From Vulcanimicrobiota bacterium (GTDB taxonomy: Bacteria; Vulcanimicrobiota; Vulcanimicrobiia; Vulcanimicrobiales; Vulcanimicrobiaceae), in the NCBI GenBank assembly GCA_963777315.1, contig CAVZQC010000001.1, positions 128,001 through 192,000 on the forward strand: DNA of 64,000 nucleotides, in the 5' to 3' direction. A model generated the notes under the pieces. That model worked only from the letters and a program-made list of their open reading frames with translations. It was not told the origin of the DNA and ran no database searches. Positions 29,251 to 39,468 of the stretch are shown piece after piece; position 1 is the stretch's first letter; every line of letters begins with the position of its first letter. Made by a program: the position numbers and the translations under genes.

Positions 29251-30141
29251 ATGTTCCACCGCATCGTTTCGGCGCTCGGCGCATCTTTTTTTCTGCTGAC
29301 TGCCGGCGCCGCCGCTCAATTCGTGCGCGTTCCCAGCAGCGAGCTGGTCAACGCGCTGGCAGGGGTTCGCGCGTTGAGCGACAGCAGCTTTGCGCAGCTC
29401 GTATGGTGGGCGCCCAATCCCATCGACCCGGGCATAACCGTTCCGGATTGGAATAACTCCGAGCGCCAAATCCTGCAGCTCAAACGCCACGACCGCGACG
29501 CGGTGCTGCAGTGGCTTACGGGAAACGGCCGCAAAGCGCTTTATGCGCGCGGGGCGACCGATGCGATGATCGGCGCGCGCGACCCGGCCTCGTTCGGCGC
29601 ATCTCCCGGCGCCACCCCGGCAGCGCGCTCGCGATATCGAACGCTCCCGTTGACGTCGGACGCGCTGCGCAGCGGCGTACCGCCAAGCGGTATCGTCGTG
29701 AACGGAGGTTTTGCGCTGATCGCGCGCGACGGTACCAAGGCAATCGTTTGTCTCTCCTTTACGAACGTTGCCGACCGCACCGCGACCCAAGTGCGTTTCA
29801 CGTTTCCGCTGCTGGACGTTAATGGCGCGAATTTGGGTGCTCTGTCGCTCGTGCGCACGGGTGAATTCTCGGCGCACGTCGCGATCAACGGGCCGCCCGA
29901 CGCGAATACGTACATCAACAACGGCCCGGGCCCGCGGGCGATGTTCGACAACTGCGTGGTTGCAGACCAAGGAACTGCCGCTCTGCCGCTGCTGCAGACG
30001 CGGTATGTTACGTACGCGATTTCCGCGGTGCGGTATGCCGACGGTTCGGTATGGCCGCAACCGACGCCGGCGCCAACCAGGGCTCGGCCCTCCGGGCTGC
30101 GTATTGGGCGGAGTCATGATTTCATCGAACGACCTTCGTAA
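29251..30141 (+). CDS. Secreted hypothetical protein
   Basis: Signal peptide MFHRIVSALGASFFLLTAGAAA; ends overlapping efp. Confidence 0.7.
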   Translation: MFHRIVSALGASFFLLTAGAAAQFVRVPSSELVNALAGVRALSDSSFAQLVWWAPNPIDPGITVPDWNNSERQILQLKRHDRDAVLQWLTGNGRKALYARGATDAMIGARDPASFGASPGATPAARSRYRTLPLTSDALRSGVPPSGIVVNGGFALIARDGTKAIVCLSFTNVADRTATQVRFTFPLLDVNGANLGALSLVRTGEFSAHVAINGPPDANTYINNGPGPRAMFDNCVVADQGTAALPLLQTRYVTYAISAVRYADGSVWPQPTPAPTRARPSGLRIGRSHDFIERPS

Positions 30142-30679
30142 CGGCGTCACGATCCTCGAGAACGGTCAGCTCTGGACCGTAATCGAGTTTTTGCACGTCA
30201 AACCCGGCAAAGGTTCGGCGTTCGTGCGCACGCGTTTGAAGAACGTCAAGACCGGCGCCACCGTTGAAAAAACGTTCCGCGCCGGCGAAAAGCTCGAACG
30301 CGCGACGGTGGACAACCGGCAGATGCAGATGCTCTACAACGACGCCGACGGCTACCACTTCATGGATCAGGAAACGTTCGAGAACGTGACGCTGCAGCGC
30401 GAGATCATCGGCGATCCGGCAGATTTCCTCAAGGACGGCATGGCGGTCGACGTGCAGTTTCACGACAGCATCCCAATCGGCTGCGACCTGCCGGCGCACG
30501 TCGAGCTGAAAATCGAGCAAACCGACCCGGGTTTCAAAGGCGACACGGCAACCGGCACGACCAAACCCGCCACGCTTGAAACCGGCGCAGTCGTCAACGT
30601 TCCGCTGTTCGTCAATCCGGGCGACGTGATCAGGATCGATACGCGCGACCGCCGGTATATCGGGCGAGTCGGCACATAA
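30116..30679 (+). CDS. efp: Elongation factor P
   Basis: HVKPGKGSAFVR, PGFKGDTA, KPATLETG. Confidence 0.97.
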   Translation: MISSNDLRNGVTILENGQLWTVIEFLHVKPGKGSAFVRTRLKNVKTGATVEKTFRAGEKLERATVDNRQMQMLYNDADGYHFMDQETFENVTLQREIIGDPADFLKDGMAVDVQFHDSIPIGCDLPAHVELKIEQTDPGFKGDTATGTTKPATLETGAVVNVPLFVNPGDVIRIDTRDRRYIGRVGT

Positions 30680-31449
30680 CCCCGACCCTGTTCTGGCTGT
30701 TCGCGACGGGCCTTGGCGCGAGCATCTTCGGATCGATGGTCGGTTTGGGCGGCGGGTTCATCGCCGTTCCCGTGCTGCTCCTGTTCTTCGGTCTTCCGCC
30801 CGCCCAGGCATCCGGCACTGCGCTCGGTTTGGTCGTCGCCAACAGCGGATCCGGCGCCCTGACGTATCTCGCGCAGCGTCGCGTGCACGTTCGCATCGGG
30901 CTGATCGTCGCATGCGGCGGTTTTCCCGCAAGCATATTGGGCGCGCTGGCTTCCGCGCGCATCTCGTCGCAGCTCTTCGACTGGCTCTTTGCCGCAGTTC
31001 TCATCGGCGTTGCCGGCGATATGGCGTTCAACCGGCGCAAACGCCTGGCTGGGCGCAGCGAACATCCGGCGCAGATCGTCGGCATGCCGTGGCACCGTGC
31101 TTTGGTGCTTGGGTTCGGCGTGGGCTTCATCTCGAGTTTGTTCGGCATCGGCGGCGGCGTGCTGCTGGTGCCCTCGCTGCTGTATTTCTCCGACCTGCCC
31201 GCGCACATGATAAGCGCGACCTCGCACTTCGGCATCGTGCTCACGTCGCCGGTGGGCTTGGCGGCGCACTGGGCGCAGCACGACATCAAATGGTCCTTCG
31301 TGGTTCCCCTGGTCGTGGGCGGCGTTCTGGGCGGCCCCATTGGTGCGCGCCTGTCGATGCGAATGGCGCAGACTCGACTGGTCGTGCTGGTCGCGTGCGC
31401 GCTCACCGTCGCGGCATTAGCCCTGGTGGCGCGGCATTTCGTACACTAA
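30676..31449 (+). CDS. TauE/SafE (TSUP) family exporter
   Basis: GLGGGFIAVP and GIGGGVLLVP repeats; first ATG 30736, probable upstream start at 30676 (see findings). Confidence 0.88.
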   Translation: MTPTLFWLFATGLGASIFGSMVGLGGGFIAVPVLLLFFGLPPAQASGTALGLVVANSGSGALTYLAQRRVHVRIGLIVACGGFPASILGALASARISSQLFDWLFAAVLIGVAGDMAFNRRKRLAGRSEHPAQIVGMPWHRALVLGFGVGFISSLFGIGGGVLLVPSLLYFSDLPAHMISATSHFGIVLTSPVGLAAHWAQHDIKWSFVVPLVVGGVLGGPIGARLSMRMAQTRLVVLVACALTVAALALVARHFVH

Positions 31450-31527
31450 CCTGCAATTCTCTTAGCACAGGCTTGACATAGCCGCAAGGAATGGGCCCCG
31501 GGCAGTTCTCAACTAGGAACTGCAGTC

Positions 31528-33405
31528 ATGTATCCCGTCGGATCGCTTTCGAGCGGCGCGGGTTCGGTCACCGAACTCGAGCGCCTCTTCGAGATCACGC
31601 GCGACGTTCTGGGCGCTCCATCGCTTGATGCAGCGCTGACTTCGCTCGCCCGCGGCGTTCGCGATTTTTTCGGCTGGCGTTTCGTCACGATGGTTGCCGC
31701 CGAAGAACCCGACGGCGAATTGAAGCGCCGCGTCATGCTCGGATATCAGGACGATGCGGTCAGCCAGCGCTTGTACGAAACGATCGATCGCACCGCGTTC
31801 GACGGAATGCTCAAGCAGGCCGTCCGATTTTTTGAAGACTGCTATTTCTTTCCCGCGGAACGCGAAGCCCATTGGGAGCGCTCGATCTATACGGGCGCCA
31901 ATCCCAACGGCGCGGTGCGCAAATATCCCAGTCAGTGGCACGAACGCGACGCCTTGGTGCTAACATTGCACGACCGCGACGGCGTGATGATCGGCTACAT
32001 GTCGCCGGACGCACCGATAAACGGCGAGATTCCCAGCGCCCAAACGCTGCGCGCGATGCAGGTGTTCGTGAATCTCATGGGCATGGCTTTGACCAACGCG
32101 CGTTCGCAAAGCCGCCTGCAGTACGACGCCACGCACGACTCGCTTACGGGCCTGCCCAATCGCACCGTCTTTTCGCTGGAACTTGCCGGCGCGCTTGGGG
32201 CGGTTCAGCGCGGAGAAGCGCTCGGAGGCCGCACCGTTCTGTATCTGGACTTGGATGAATTCAAATCGATCAACGACACGCTGGGCCATCTTGCCGGCGA
32301 CGACGTGCTCAAAGAAGCTGCGGCCAGGCTGCGCGCGGTCGTCGACGAGCGTTTCATCGTGGCGCGAATGGCAGGCGACGAATTCGCCGTTCTGCTGGCT
32401 GAAGATGCTCCCGAGCGCATCGCCGGCGTGCTGGACGTCGTGCACAAAACGCTGCGCCGTCCCTATCATGTCGCCGGCAGAGAGATCGTGATGACGGCCA
32501 GCATCGGCGTCGCGCCAATCGATCGGCATTACGCCTCGATAGCCGACGTGATGCGCGATGCCGATACGGCCATGTATCACGCGAAGGGGCAAGGCCGCAA
32601 CCGCAGCGCGATTTTCACCCCCAGCATGCACGAAGAAGCGCTGCGCCGCTTGTCGCTGCGGATGCATCTCCGCAGCGCAATCGAGCACAAGCAGTTCGTC
32701 GTGCTCTACCAGCCGATAGTCACACTTGCCGACGCAAAGATCTGCGGCGTGGAAGCGCTGCTTCGCTGGCACCATCCCGAACAGGGATATCTCGCGCCTG
32801 CCTCGTTTCTGCCGTTGGCCGAAGAGATGGGACTGATGGTTCCGGTCGGGCGGTTCGTGCTCGAGAGCGCCTGCGCTCAATTGCGCGAATGGCACCAGGC
32901 TCGCGGAGAGCGCAACTTGCAGATGCACGTGAATCTTTCGGTGCAGGAAGTGCTCCAGCCCGATTTGCCCGAGTTCATCGCTGAATTGATCGAGCGCAAC
33001 GGGATCGAGCCCGGGCAGCTCACGCTGGAAATAACCGAGACCTCGATTTTGGAGAGCGAACTGCGCGCCGCGGGCGTGCTCGGTCAGCTCAAAGCGGCGG
33101 GCGTCAAGTTATGCATCGACGATTTCGGTACGGGATACTCGTCGTTGCGCTACATCAAGACGCTGCCTGTGGACGCTTTCAAGATTGATCAGACGTTCAT
33201 TGCCGGCGTCAACGACGCAAAAAGCGAACAGATCATCGAGTTGCTGGTCCGCTTGGGAGATGCGTGCGACTTGCGCGTGACCGCCGAGGGCATAGAAACC
33301 GCCGCTCAGGCAGAGCGGCTGCTCGCGCTGGGCTGCACCTACGCCCAAGGGCTGTACTTCAACGGGCCGATGGAAGCCGGAATCGTCGGTACGCTGCTGA
33401 GATAG
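31528..33405 (+). CDS. GAF-like sensor + GGDEF + EAL c-di-GMP enzyme
   Basis: HDSLTGLPNR, AGDEF, EALLRW, DDFGTGYSSL, AEGIE. Confidence 0.93.
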   Translation: MYPVGSLSSGAGSVTELERLFEITRDVLGAPSLDAALTSLARGVRDFFGWRFVTMVAAEEPDGELKRRVMLGYQDDAVSQRLYETIDRTAFDGMLKQAVRFFEDCYFFPAEREAHWERSIYTGANPNGAVRKYPSQWHERDALVLTLHDRDGVMIGYMSPDAPINGEIPSAQTLRAMQVFVNLMGMALTNARSQSRLQYDATHDSLTGLPNRTVFSLELAGALGAVQRGEALGGRTVLYLDLDEFKSINDTLGHLAGDDVLKEAAARLRAVVDERFIVARMAGDEFAVLLAEDAPERIAGVLDVVHKTLRRPYHVAGREIVMTASIGVAPIDRHYASIADVMRDADTAMYHAKGQGRNRSAIFTPSMHEEALRRLSLRMHLRSAIEHKQFVVLYQPIVTLADAKICGVEALLRWHHPEQGYLAPASFLPLAEEMGLMVPVGRFVLESACAQLREWHQARGERNLQMHVNLSVQEVLQPDLPEFIAELIERNGIEPGQLTLEITETSILESELRAAGVLGQLKAAGVKLCIDDFGTGYSSLRYIKTLPVDAFKIDQTFIAGVNDAKSEQIIELLVRLGDACDLRVTAEGIETAAQAERLLALGCTYAQGLYFNGPMEAGIVGTLLR

Positions 33406-33581
33406 ATTTCGCGCGAATGGGTACTATGGCCGCATGGTTCTTGCTAAGGAACGGGCCGCCTCGCGCTTGGGAACGCCCGCAAACGTCGTCGAGCGCGGCA
33501 CGATCGGACAAGACGGCTCCAGCTTCGTACGCCGCTGGAATTGGGCGTGCGGGTGCAGCGGTGAAATCATTGCCGGTCCGC

Positions 33582-34208
33582 TCATGGAATTGGCGTGCTG
33601 CGCAGGCCATCGCGCAGCGCCGCCGCGATAACGCGCGCGGCGATCGCCGCACATCGCGGCCCTTCCCGGGCTAGAAACGGCACGTCGATCCAAGCACGCG
33701 GACTGACGAGAACGCTTCCCGGACGTTGCCATGCCGCGGAAATTTCTCGCTGCGGCGTGTCGAGCACCACGCGCACGCACGCGAGCGCCTCGCAGTCGAT
33801 GAACCCGCTCTCCATGTCGGCGCCCGCATAGCCTCGCTCCGCCCACGTTTTCCGTTCGCCTTCACGCACCAGCGCGGCGCTGCTCAAAAGCGGCGCATCG
33901 ACGGGAGCGTAACCCAGCGCGCGCGCTGCGGCGGCAAGCGACTCGACCAGGCTCTCCTCGCACACGATCTCTACGCCGTCGGTACGGTGCACCACGCGCG
34001 GAATCAACACCGTACCGGTCGGCACATCGTCGCGCAGGCCTCCGGCTAAGCCGCAGCTGATCGCTATCCCTGCGATGCGCGCGCGCGTTGCGCGCAGCGC
34101 GATCCCGGCTTGCACGACGCGAACCGTAGGCGCCAGTGCTTTTCGCGCGGCGAGGGTCTCGACGCCGGTGGCCGTGACGACGGTAACCGGCCGATCAGAG
34201 ATATCCAT
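33582..34208 (-). CDS. hpnG: Hopanoid-associated nucleoside phosphorylase
   Basis: ISCGLAGGL, ADMES, VRVVLD; hopanoid context. Confidence 0.8.
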   Translation of the reverse strand: MDISDRPVTVVTATGVETLAARKALAPTVRVVQAGIALRATRARIAGIAISCGLAGGLRDDVPTGTVLIPRVVHRTDGVEIVCEESLVESLAAAARALGYAPVDAPLLSSAALVREGERKTWAERGYAGADMESGFIDCEALACVRVVLDTPQREISAAWQRPGSVLVSPRAWIDVPFLAREGPRCAAIAARVIAAALRDGLRSTPIP

Positions 34209-35172
34209 GGCGGCCGTACCAGCGCACTGCACGATCGAGCGCTTCCCGAACCGAGCCGGCGTGAAACCCGAGCTCGCGACGAGCCTTGGAGTTGTCGACG
34301 AACATGCGCTCGCGCGACATGCGCAGGCCCTCGAGCGGAACCAGCGGCCGGGCGCGCCGGTGCAAGCGGCAACGCACGTCGTCGGCGTAAGCGATCGCGA
34401 ACAGCAGCGCATCGGGAACGCGGACGGCGGGCAGAGGTTTTTGCGTCACGCTCGCGAGCAACTTCCAAACGTCGTCGAGCAGCAGATTCTCGCCGCCTAA
34501 AATGTAGCGTTCGCCCGCTGTGCCGCGCTCCAGCGCTGCGACGTGCGCGCGGGCGACATCCTCGACCGGGACCAGGTTCAATCCGCCGCCCGGGGGTTTG
34601 GCGAACATTTTACCGCGCGCAAAGTCCACGATCATTCGGCCCGTCGGCGTGGGTTTCCAATCGCCGGGACCAACCGGCGCGGTCGGCAGCAGCGCTACGA
34701 CCGGAACGCGGCCCGCAAATGCGGCGCGCTCTTGTTCCAGCTTGGAGTGATGATAGCCGCGAGCGCGCCCGTCCGCAGCCCAGTCGTCTTCGGTGCGCGG
34801 CTTTGCCTCCGTGCATGCGCCCAGCGTTGCCGAGCTGGACGTCAGTACGATGCGCTCGACTCCTGCAATGCGCGCGGATTCGACCAGGCTCGCCGTTCCA
34901 CGAACGTTGACTTCCTGGACGAGCTTGCGATCCGCGGGCGCAAACGAGTACAGCGCCGCGCAATGCATCGCGTATCGGCAGCCGTCGAGGGCGCGTGCAA
35001 ACTCGCCGGGCGCGCGCAGATCGCCTTCGACGGCTTGAACGCGCGGATCGTCGTGCCGCCAAGCCTCGTTGCGCGTCAGCGCCCGCACCCGGTACCCCGC
35101 GCCGAGCAATTCGCGCAGCACGTGACTGCCGACGAACCCCGACCCGCCGGTAAGAAAGACGGTATCGCTCAT
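34195..35172 (-). CDS. hpnA: Hopanoid-associated NAD-dependent epimerase/dehydratase
   Basis: TGGSGFVG, YHHSK, GPGDWKPTPTG. Confidence 0.9.
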   Translation of the reverse strand: MSDTVFLTGGSGFVGSHVLRELLGAGYRVRALTRNEAWRHDDPRVQAVEGDLRAPGEFARALDGCRYAMHCAALYSFAPADRKLVQEVNVRGTASLVESARIAGVERIVLTSSSATLGACTEAKPRTEDDWAADGRARGYHHSKLEQERAAFAGRVPVVALLPTAPVGPGDWKPTPTGRMIVDFARGKMFAKPPGGGLNLVPVEDVARAHVAALERGTAGERYILGGENLLLDDVWKLLASVTQKPLPAVRVPDALLFAIAYADDVRCRLHRRARPLVPLEGLRMSRERMFVDNSKARRELGFHAGSVREALDRAVRWYGRHGYL

Positions 35173-35273
35173 CCTGCCAGCGTCAATTGCCTTGTGCGAT
35201 TCGCAGTGCCTGTTCGTGCCCGAACCGTCTTGGGGAACGGCGGTGAAGTTACGGAACTTCCCGGAGTGACGTA

Positions 35274-36281
35274 CTAGTGCGCCAGCGCCGCGCGAACGCT
35301 CTCCTTCATCGAGCCGGTCGTCTTTACGACGGCGGTCGGTTCGTAGCCGCAGTGCGCCATGCAGTTCTCACACTTGGGATGCTTGCCGCGACCGTACTTG
35401 GACCAATCCGTTTCGTCGATCAATTCTCTGTACGTTTTTGCGTACGCTTCGTCCGACATCAGATAGCACGGTCGCTGCCAACCGAAGATCGAGTACGACG
35501 GAATGCCCCACGGCGTGCACTCCATGTCGAGTTTGCCCTCGAGAAAATCCAAGAACAGCGGACTGTGATTGAGGCGCCATTTTTTGCGCTTGCCGCCTGA
35601 GAACGCTTCGCGGAAGATGGCGCGCGTGCGCTCGACGCCCAGGAAGTGCTCCTGGTCCGGAGCCTTTTCGTAGGCATAGCCGGGCGAGATCTGCATCGAG
35701 TCGACCTTCAGATCGTCGTTGAGGTAGTCCAGCGCGGCGCGAATCGTCGCCGCATCGTCGGGATCGAAAAACGTCGTATTCGTCGAAACCCGGAATTTTT
35801 TGGCCTGGGCGGTCTTAATCGCGGCAACGGCCTTGTCGAACGTTCCTTCTCGGCACACGACCTGATCGTGCCGCTGCTGCAGACCGTCCAGATGGACCAT
35901 CCACGTGAACAGCGGATGCGGTTTGAACTTGTCGATTTTCTTTTCCAGCAGCAGCGCGTTGGTGCAGACGATGACGACCTTCTTGCGCGCTATCAACTCG
36001 TTCACCAGGCGCGGCAGCTCTTCATAGACAAGCGGCTCGCCGCCGGCGATCGAAATCACCGGCGCGCCGCACTCCTGCACGGCGGCCAGGCAATTTTCGA
36101 CCGATAGGCGCTTGCGCAGCGTATCCATCGGATACTGAATTTTGCCGCAGCCCGCGCAGGCAAGATTGCATTGAAAGAGCGGCTCGAGTTCCATGACCAG
36201 CGGATACTTGGTCTCTCGCCTGATCTTCTTGCCGAAGATGTATTTGGCGATTTGGGCCTTCTGTGCGAACGGGGTGCTCAT
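35274..36281 (-). CDS. hpnH: Adenosylhopane synthase, radical SAM
   Basis: LEPLFQCNLACAGCGKI, CTPWG, CENCMAHCGYE. Confidence 0.95.
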   Translation of the reverse strand: MSTPFAQKAQIAKYIFGKKIRRETKYPLVMELEPLFQCNLACAGCGKIQYPMDTLRKRLSVENCLAAVQECGAPVISIAGGEPLVYEELPRLVNELIARKKVVIVCTNALLLEKKIDKFKPHPLFTWMVHLDGLQQRHDQVVCREGTFDKAVAAIKTAQAKKFRVSTNTTFFDPDDAATIRAALDYLNDDLKVDSMQISPGYAYEKAPDQEHFLGVERTRAIFREAFSGGKRKKWRLNHSPLFLDFLEGKLDMECTPWGIPSYSIFGWQRPCYLMSDEAYAKTYRELIDETDWSKYGRGKHPKCENCMAHCGYEPTAVVKTTGSMKESVRAALAH

Positions 36282-38167
36282 GAAACGGTAACCTGCTCCC
36301 TTGAGGTAATTTGACCGGTATGCGCGTGATGAGAATAGCGCGCGTCCATCGCGAGCGCCATCATCGGAAAGAGATGCCGGTACATGTGATAGTTGAGATA
36401 GAAATCGCGCGGAAAACCTGTACCCGTAAAATAGGGTTCGTCCCACGTGCCGTCGGAACGCTGGCGGTCGCGCAGGAATTCCAGGCCTCGGCGCGCCGCG
36501 CCATGCCGGCCCATTCCGGCCCACTGCAGCGTCATCACGGCCCATGCAGTTTGCGAGCACGTGCTGGTGCCTACGCCCGCGAACGACTCGTCGACGTACG
36601 AATGGCAGCTCTCTCCCCACCCGCCGTCGGCATTTTGTTTGCCGATCGTCCAGCGCGTGGCTTTGGCAATCATGTCTCGGCCGACCTCGAGCTGCGCGAG
36701 CGCGGAGACCACGCACCACGTGCCGTAAATGTGATTGACGCCCCAGCGTCCGAACCAGGACCCCCACGGTTTTTGCGCGCGGCGCAGATACTGCAAACCG
36801 CCTGCCACGTATGGATCGTTCTCGCCGGCGCCCAGCATCGCCAGCATTTCCAGCACGTGGGCGGTCACGTCTTCGGTGGGCGGATCGATCATGGCGCCGA
36901 AATCGGAAAACGGCATGCGGTATAAAATTTCGCTGGTGTTGTTTCGATCGAACGAAGCCCATGCGCCGTTGGACGAGCGCATGGCCAGCGTCCACTTCAC
37001 TGCGCGCTCTACGGCGGGCCGAACCAGTTCGGACCGTCCTCCTTCGAGCAGCGCGCACACGATCGCGGCGGTATCGTCCACGTCCGGGTACGCATCGTTG
37101 TCGAATTCGAACGCCCAACCACCGCCTTCGACGCCTTTGCAGCGAATTTGCCAGTCGCCCGGCGCACCGGCCGGAATCTGTTCGCTCAAGAGCCAGGCGA
37201 CGGCTTTGCGCATCGCCGGATGGTCCGATCGAAGTCCGGCTTGATAGAGCGCCCGCACGGCCCATGCGGTATCCCAGACCGGCGACATGCAGGCTTGAAA
37301 ACGCCAGCCCGAATCGTCGGAAAACGCGAACCGCTCCATGCCCTGCAGCCCTTTACGCATTACCGGATGATCCAATGCGAAGCCCTGCAGGCTGAGCGCA
37401 ATCAGCGAATACACCCACGGCGGCTGAATGCCGCCCCAGCTGCCGTCGGATTCTTGGCGCTGCACGATCCACTGCGCCACCTTCTCGCACGCCGCGTCGC
37501 GTCCGGGCTTGAACGGCGAAGCCTCGTAGAGCTTGAGCACTTTGTCGGCGTACCGGAGCGGGCCGCTGCCGGGTACCGAATGCGTGCGCGCCTGCGTTCC
37601 GGGATTGACGATCTCGCCGACGGCCACGCCGAGCTCGCGCACGGGCCGCCGTGCGATCACGATGCACAGCGGCGCGACGGTGCCGCGGGCCCAGCAAGAA
37701 AAATCGTACAGATTGAACGGCATCCACGCGGGAAGATGCGCGATCTCCGGCGGCATCGTGGGAATGCCGTCCCACGGGTAGGCGCCGAACATCGCCATCC
37801 AGATCTTCGTGAAGACGCGAGTCTGCGTTAAGCCCCCGAGAGTTCGAATGACGCGCAGCGCGCGCCGCATCGGATCGGCCAAGGGATCGACACCCAACAC
37901 CTTGAGCGCCACGTAGGCTTCGATGGTCGTGCTCAAGTCGGCAGGACCGTCGTAATAGAGCGCCCACGAACCATCCGCGCGCTGGTGGTGAAGGATGTGA
38001 TCCACGGCGCCTTGCCGGATCGAATCGTGCGGAACGCCCAAAAACCGCAGCAGCAGCACGTGCTCGGCCGTCATGGTCACGTTGGTTTGCAGTTCGTCGG
38101 TCCACCAGCCGTCCGCATGTTGGGTGGCCAGCAGCCGATCGACGGCTTTTGCAAGATGGTCAGGCAT
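36278..38167 (-). CDS. shc: Squalene-hopene cyclase
   Basis: YPDVDDTA (DXDD), QW repeats (QxxDGSW), SPVWDT, TGTGFP. Confidence 0.97.
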   Translation of the reverse strand: MPDHLAKAVDRLLATQHADGWWTDELQTNVTMTAEHVLLLRFLGVPHDSIRQGAVDHILHHQRADGSWALYYDGPADLSTTIEAYVALKVLGVDPLADPMRRALRVIRTLGGLTQTRVFTKIWMAMFGAYPWDGIPTMPPEIAHLPAWMPFNLYDFSCWARGTVAPLCIVIARRPVRELGVAVGEIVNPGTQARTHSVPGSGPLRYADKVLKLYEASPFKPGRDAACEKVAQWIVQRQESDGSWGGIQPPWVYSLIALSLQGFALDHPVMRKGLQGMERFAFSDDSGWRFQACMSPVWDTAWAVRALYQAGLRSDHPAMRKAVAWLLSEQIPAGAPGDWQIRCKGVEGGGWAFEFDNDAYPDVDDTAAIVCALLEGGRSELVRPAVERAVKWTLAMRSSNGAWASFDRNNTSEILYRMPFSDFGAMIDPPTEDVTAHVLEMLAMLGAGENDPYVAGGLQYLRRAQKPWGSWFGRWGVNHIYGTWCVVSALAQLEVGRDMIAKATRWTIGKQNADGGWGESCHSYVDESFAGVGTSTCSQTAWAVMTLQWAGMGRHGAARRGLEFLRDRQRSDGTWDEPYFTGTGFPRDFYLNYHMYRHLFPMMALAMDARYSHHAHTGQITSREQVTVS

Positions 38168-39467
38168 GCGTTAAATCGTTCGCTTGTTGAAAAGTACCCG
38201 CGCAGGCGCTCCGCTCAAGCACCTGTGCCGCGCGCAGCCCGCTGCGAACGGCCGACTCCATCGTATCGGGCCAGCCCGTATCGGTCCACGCGCCCGCGAC
38301 GGCGACGTTTGCAAGCGCGCCCTGCGCCTGCGGCCGCACGGTTCCGGGGGATGCGAGGTACGTTCCCTCGGGATTGCGGGTGGCCGCTCCCAGCACGAGG
38401 CGTGCACCCGCGAAATTTGGCAGCGCCCGGCAAACTTCATTCCAGGCCAGGGCCACGACTTCGGACGTCGGCTTGGCGATCAGATTGGCGGCCGCGCTCA
38501 TACTGGCGCACAAGTATCCCGGCGCTTTTTGAAATACCCACTGCACCGGCGAATCGAGAATCGCCGCGAAGTCGCCGTCCAGGCCGGCACCGTCGTGCCA
38601 AAGATGCACGTCCATAATCGGAAACGGCTCGTACGCGTCCAGCTGCGCAAGGCCCAGACGCGAGTGCTCGCCCACCAGCCGCGCCAGCGCGCGCGGCGAA
38701 ACCGCCAGCACGGCGGCATCGAATCGGGATTCGGTTTGCGCGGTGCGCAGGACGACCCGGTGCTCGTCCGCATCGAACGCCAGCACCGCGCTGGAACGAT
38801 GCACGGCGTCGAGCGCCGCGGCGGCGTTCTCCATGATTTCCGCCAGCGCAACGGTGCAGTAGCCGAAGCGCGCGCCGTCGCGATCGTGCAAAAATGCGGT
38901 CGATAGGACGAACGCCGCTTGGGCTGCGCTCATCCGGTCGAGCGGCGCGTTGAGCGCGGGAACCATGAACGGCTCCCAAAAGGCACGCAGCGTGTCGCGG
39001 CTTTGCCGGTGCTGCTGCAGCCAGCGAGCGAAGCTCAGGTCGTCGCGGGCACCTGCCGGATCCAGCATGAGCGCAAGCAGCGCGAACGCGATCCGGATTT
39101 TTCCCGCAAACGATATATGGCGATACCGGACGAACGACGCGAACAGATGCAGCGGCGGCGGCAGATCCGCCGCGCGCAGCTCGCTGCGGACACCGTTCTT
39201 GTCGTAAACCGCAACGCTGAAACGATCTTGCAGGTGCAAGGCGTGACCCATGCCGATGCGTTCCACGAAGCGTACGAATTCGGTACAGCAGGCCAAATAC
39301 ACGTGCTGGCCGTTGTCGACGACGCGCCCTTCCACTTCAAACGACGTGGCCCGCCCGCCCAGCAGCCGGCTGCGTTCGAAAAGCTCCACTCGCCAGCCGG
39401 CTTGCTTGAGCTGCGTTGCTGCGGCAAGGCCGGCCAGGCCGGCGCCGACGACGGCTGCGCTGCGCAC
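38160..39467 (-). CDS. hpnE: Hydroxysqualene dehydroxylase
   Basis: VVGAGLAGLAAA, LGGRATSF, DNGQHV, TGWPDTMESAVRSG. Confidence 0.92.
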   Translation of the reverse strand: MRSAAVVGAGLAGLAAATQLKQAGWRVELFERSRLLGGRATSFEVEGRVVDNGQHVYLACCTEFVRFVERIGMGHALHLQDRFSVAVYDKNGVRSELRAADLPPPLHLFASFVRYRHISFAGKIRIAFALLALMLDPAGARDDLSFARWLQQHRQSRDTLRAFWEPFMVPALNAPLDRMSAAQAAFVLSTAFLHDRDGARFGYCTVALAEIMENAAAALDAVHRSSAVLAFDADEHRVVLRTAQTESRFDAAVLAVSPRALARLVGEHSRLGLAQLDAYEPFPIMDVHLWHDGAGLDGDFAAILDSPVQWVFQKAPGYLCASMSAAANLIAKPTSEVVALAWNEVCRALPNFAGARLVLGAATRNPEGTYLASPGTVRPQAQGALANVAVAGAWTDTGWPDTMESAVRSGLRAAQVLERSACAGTFQQANDLTHA

Positions 39468-39468
39468 G

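Noticed and set aside
35173..35273. Riboswitch between hpnH and hpnA
   Set aside because: No recognisable aptamer consensus, only weak stems.
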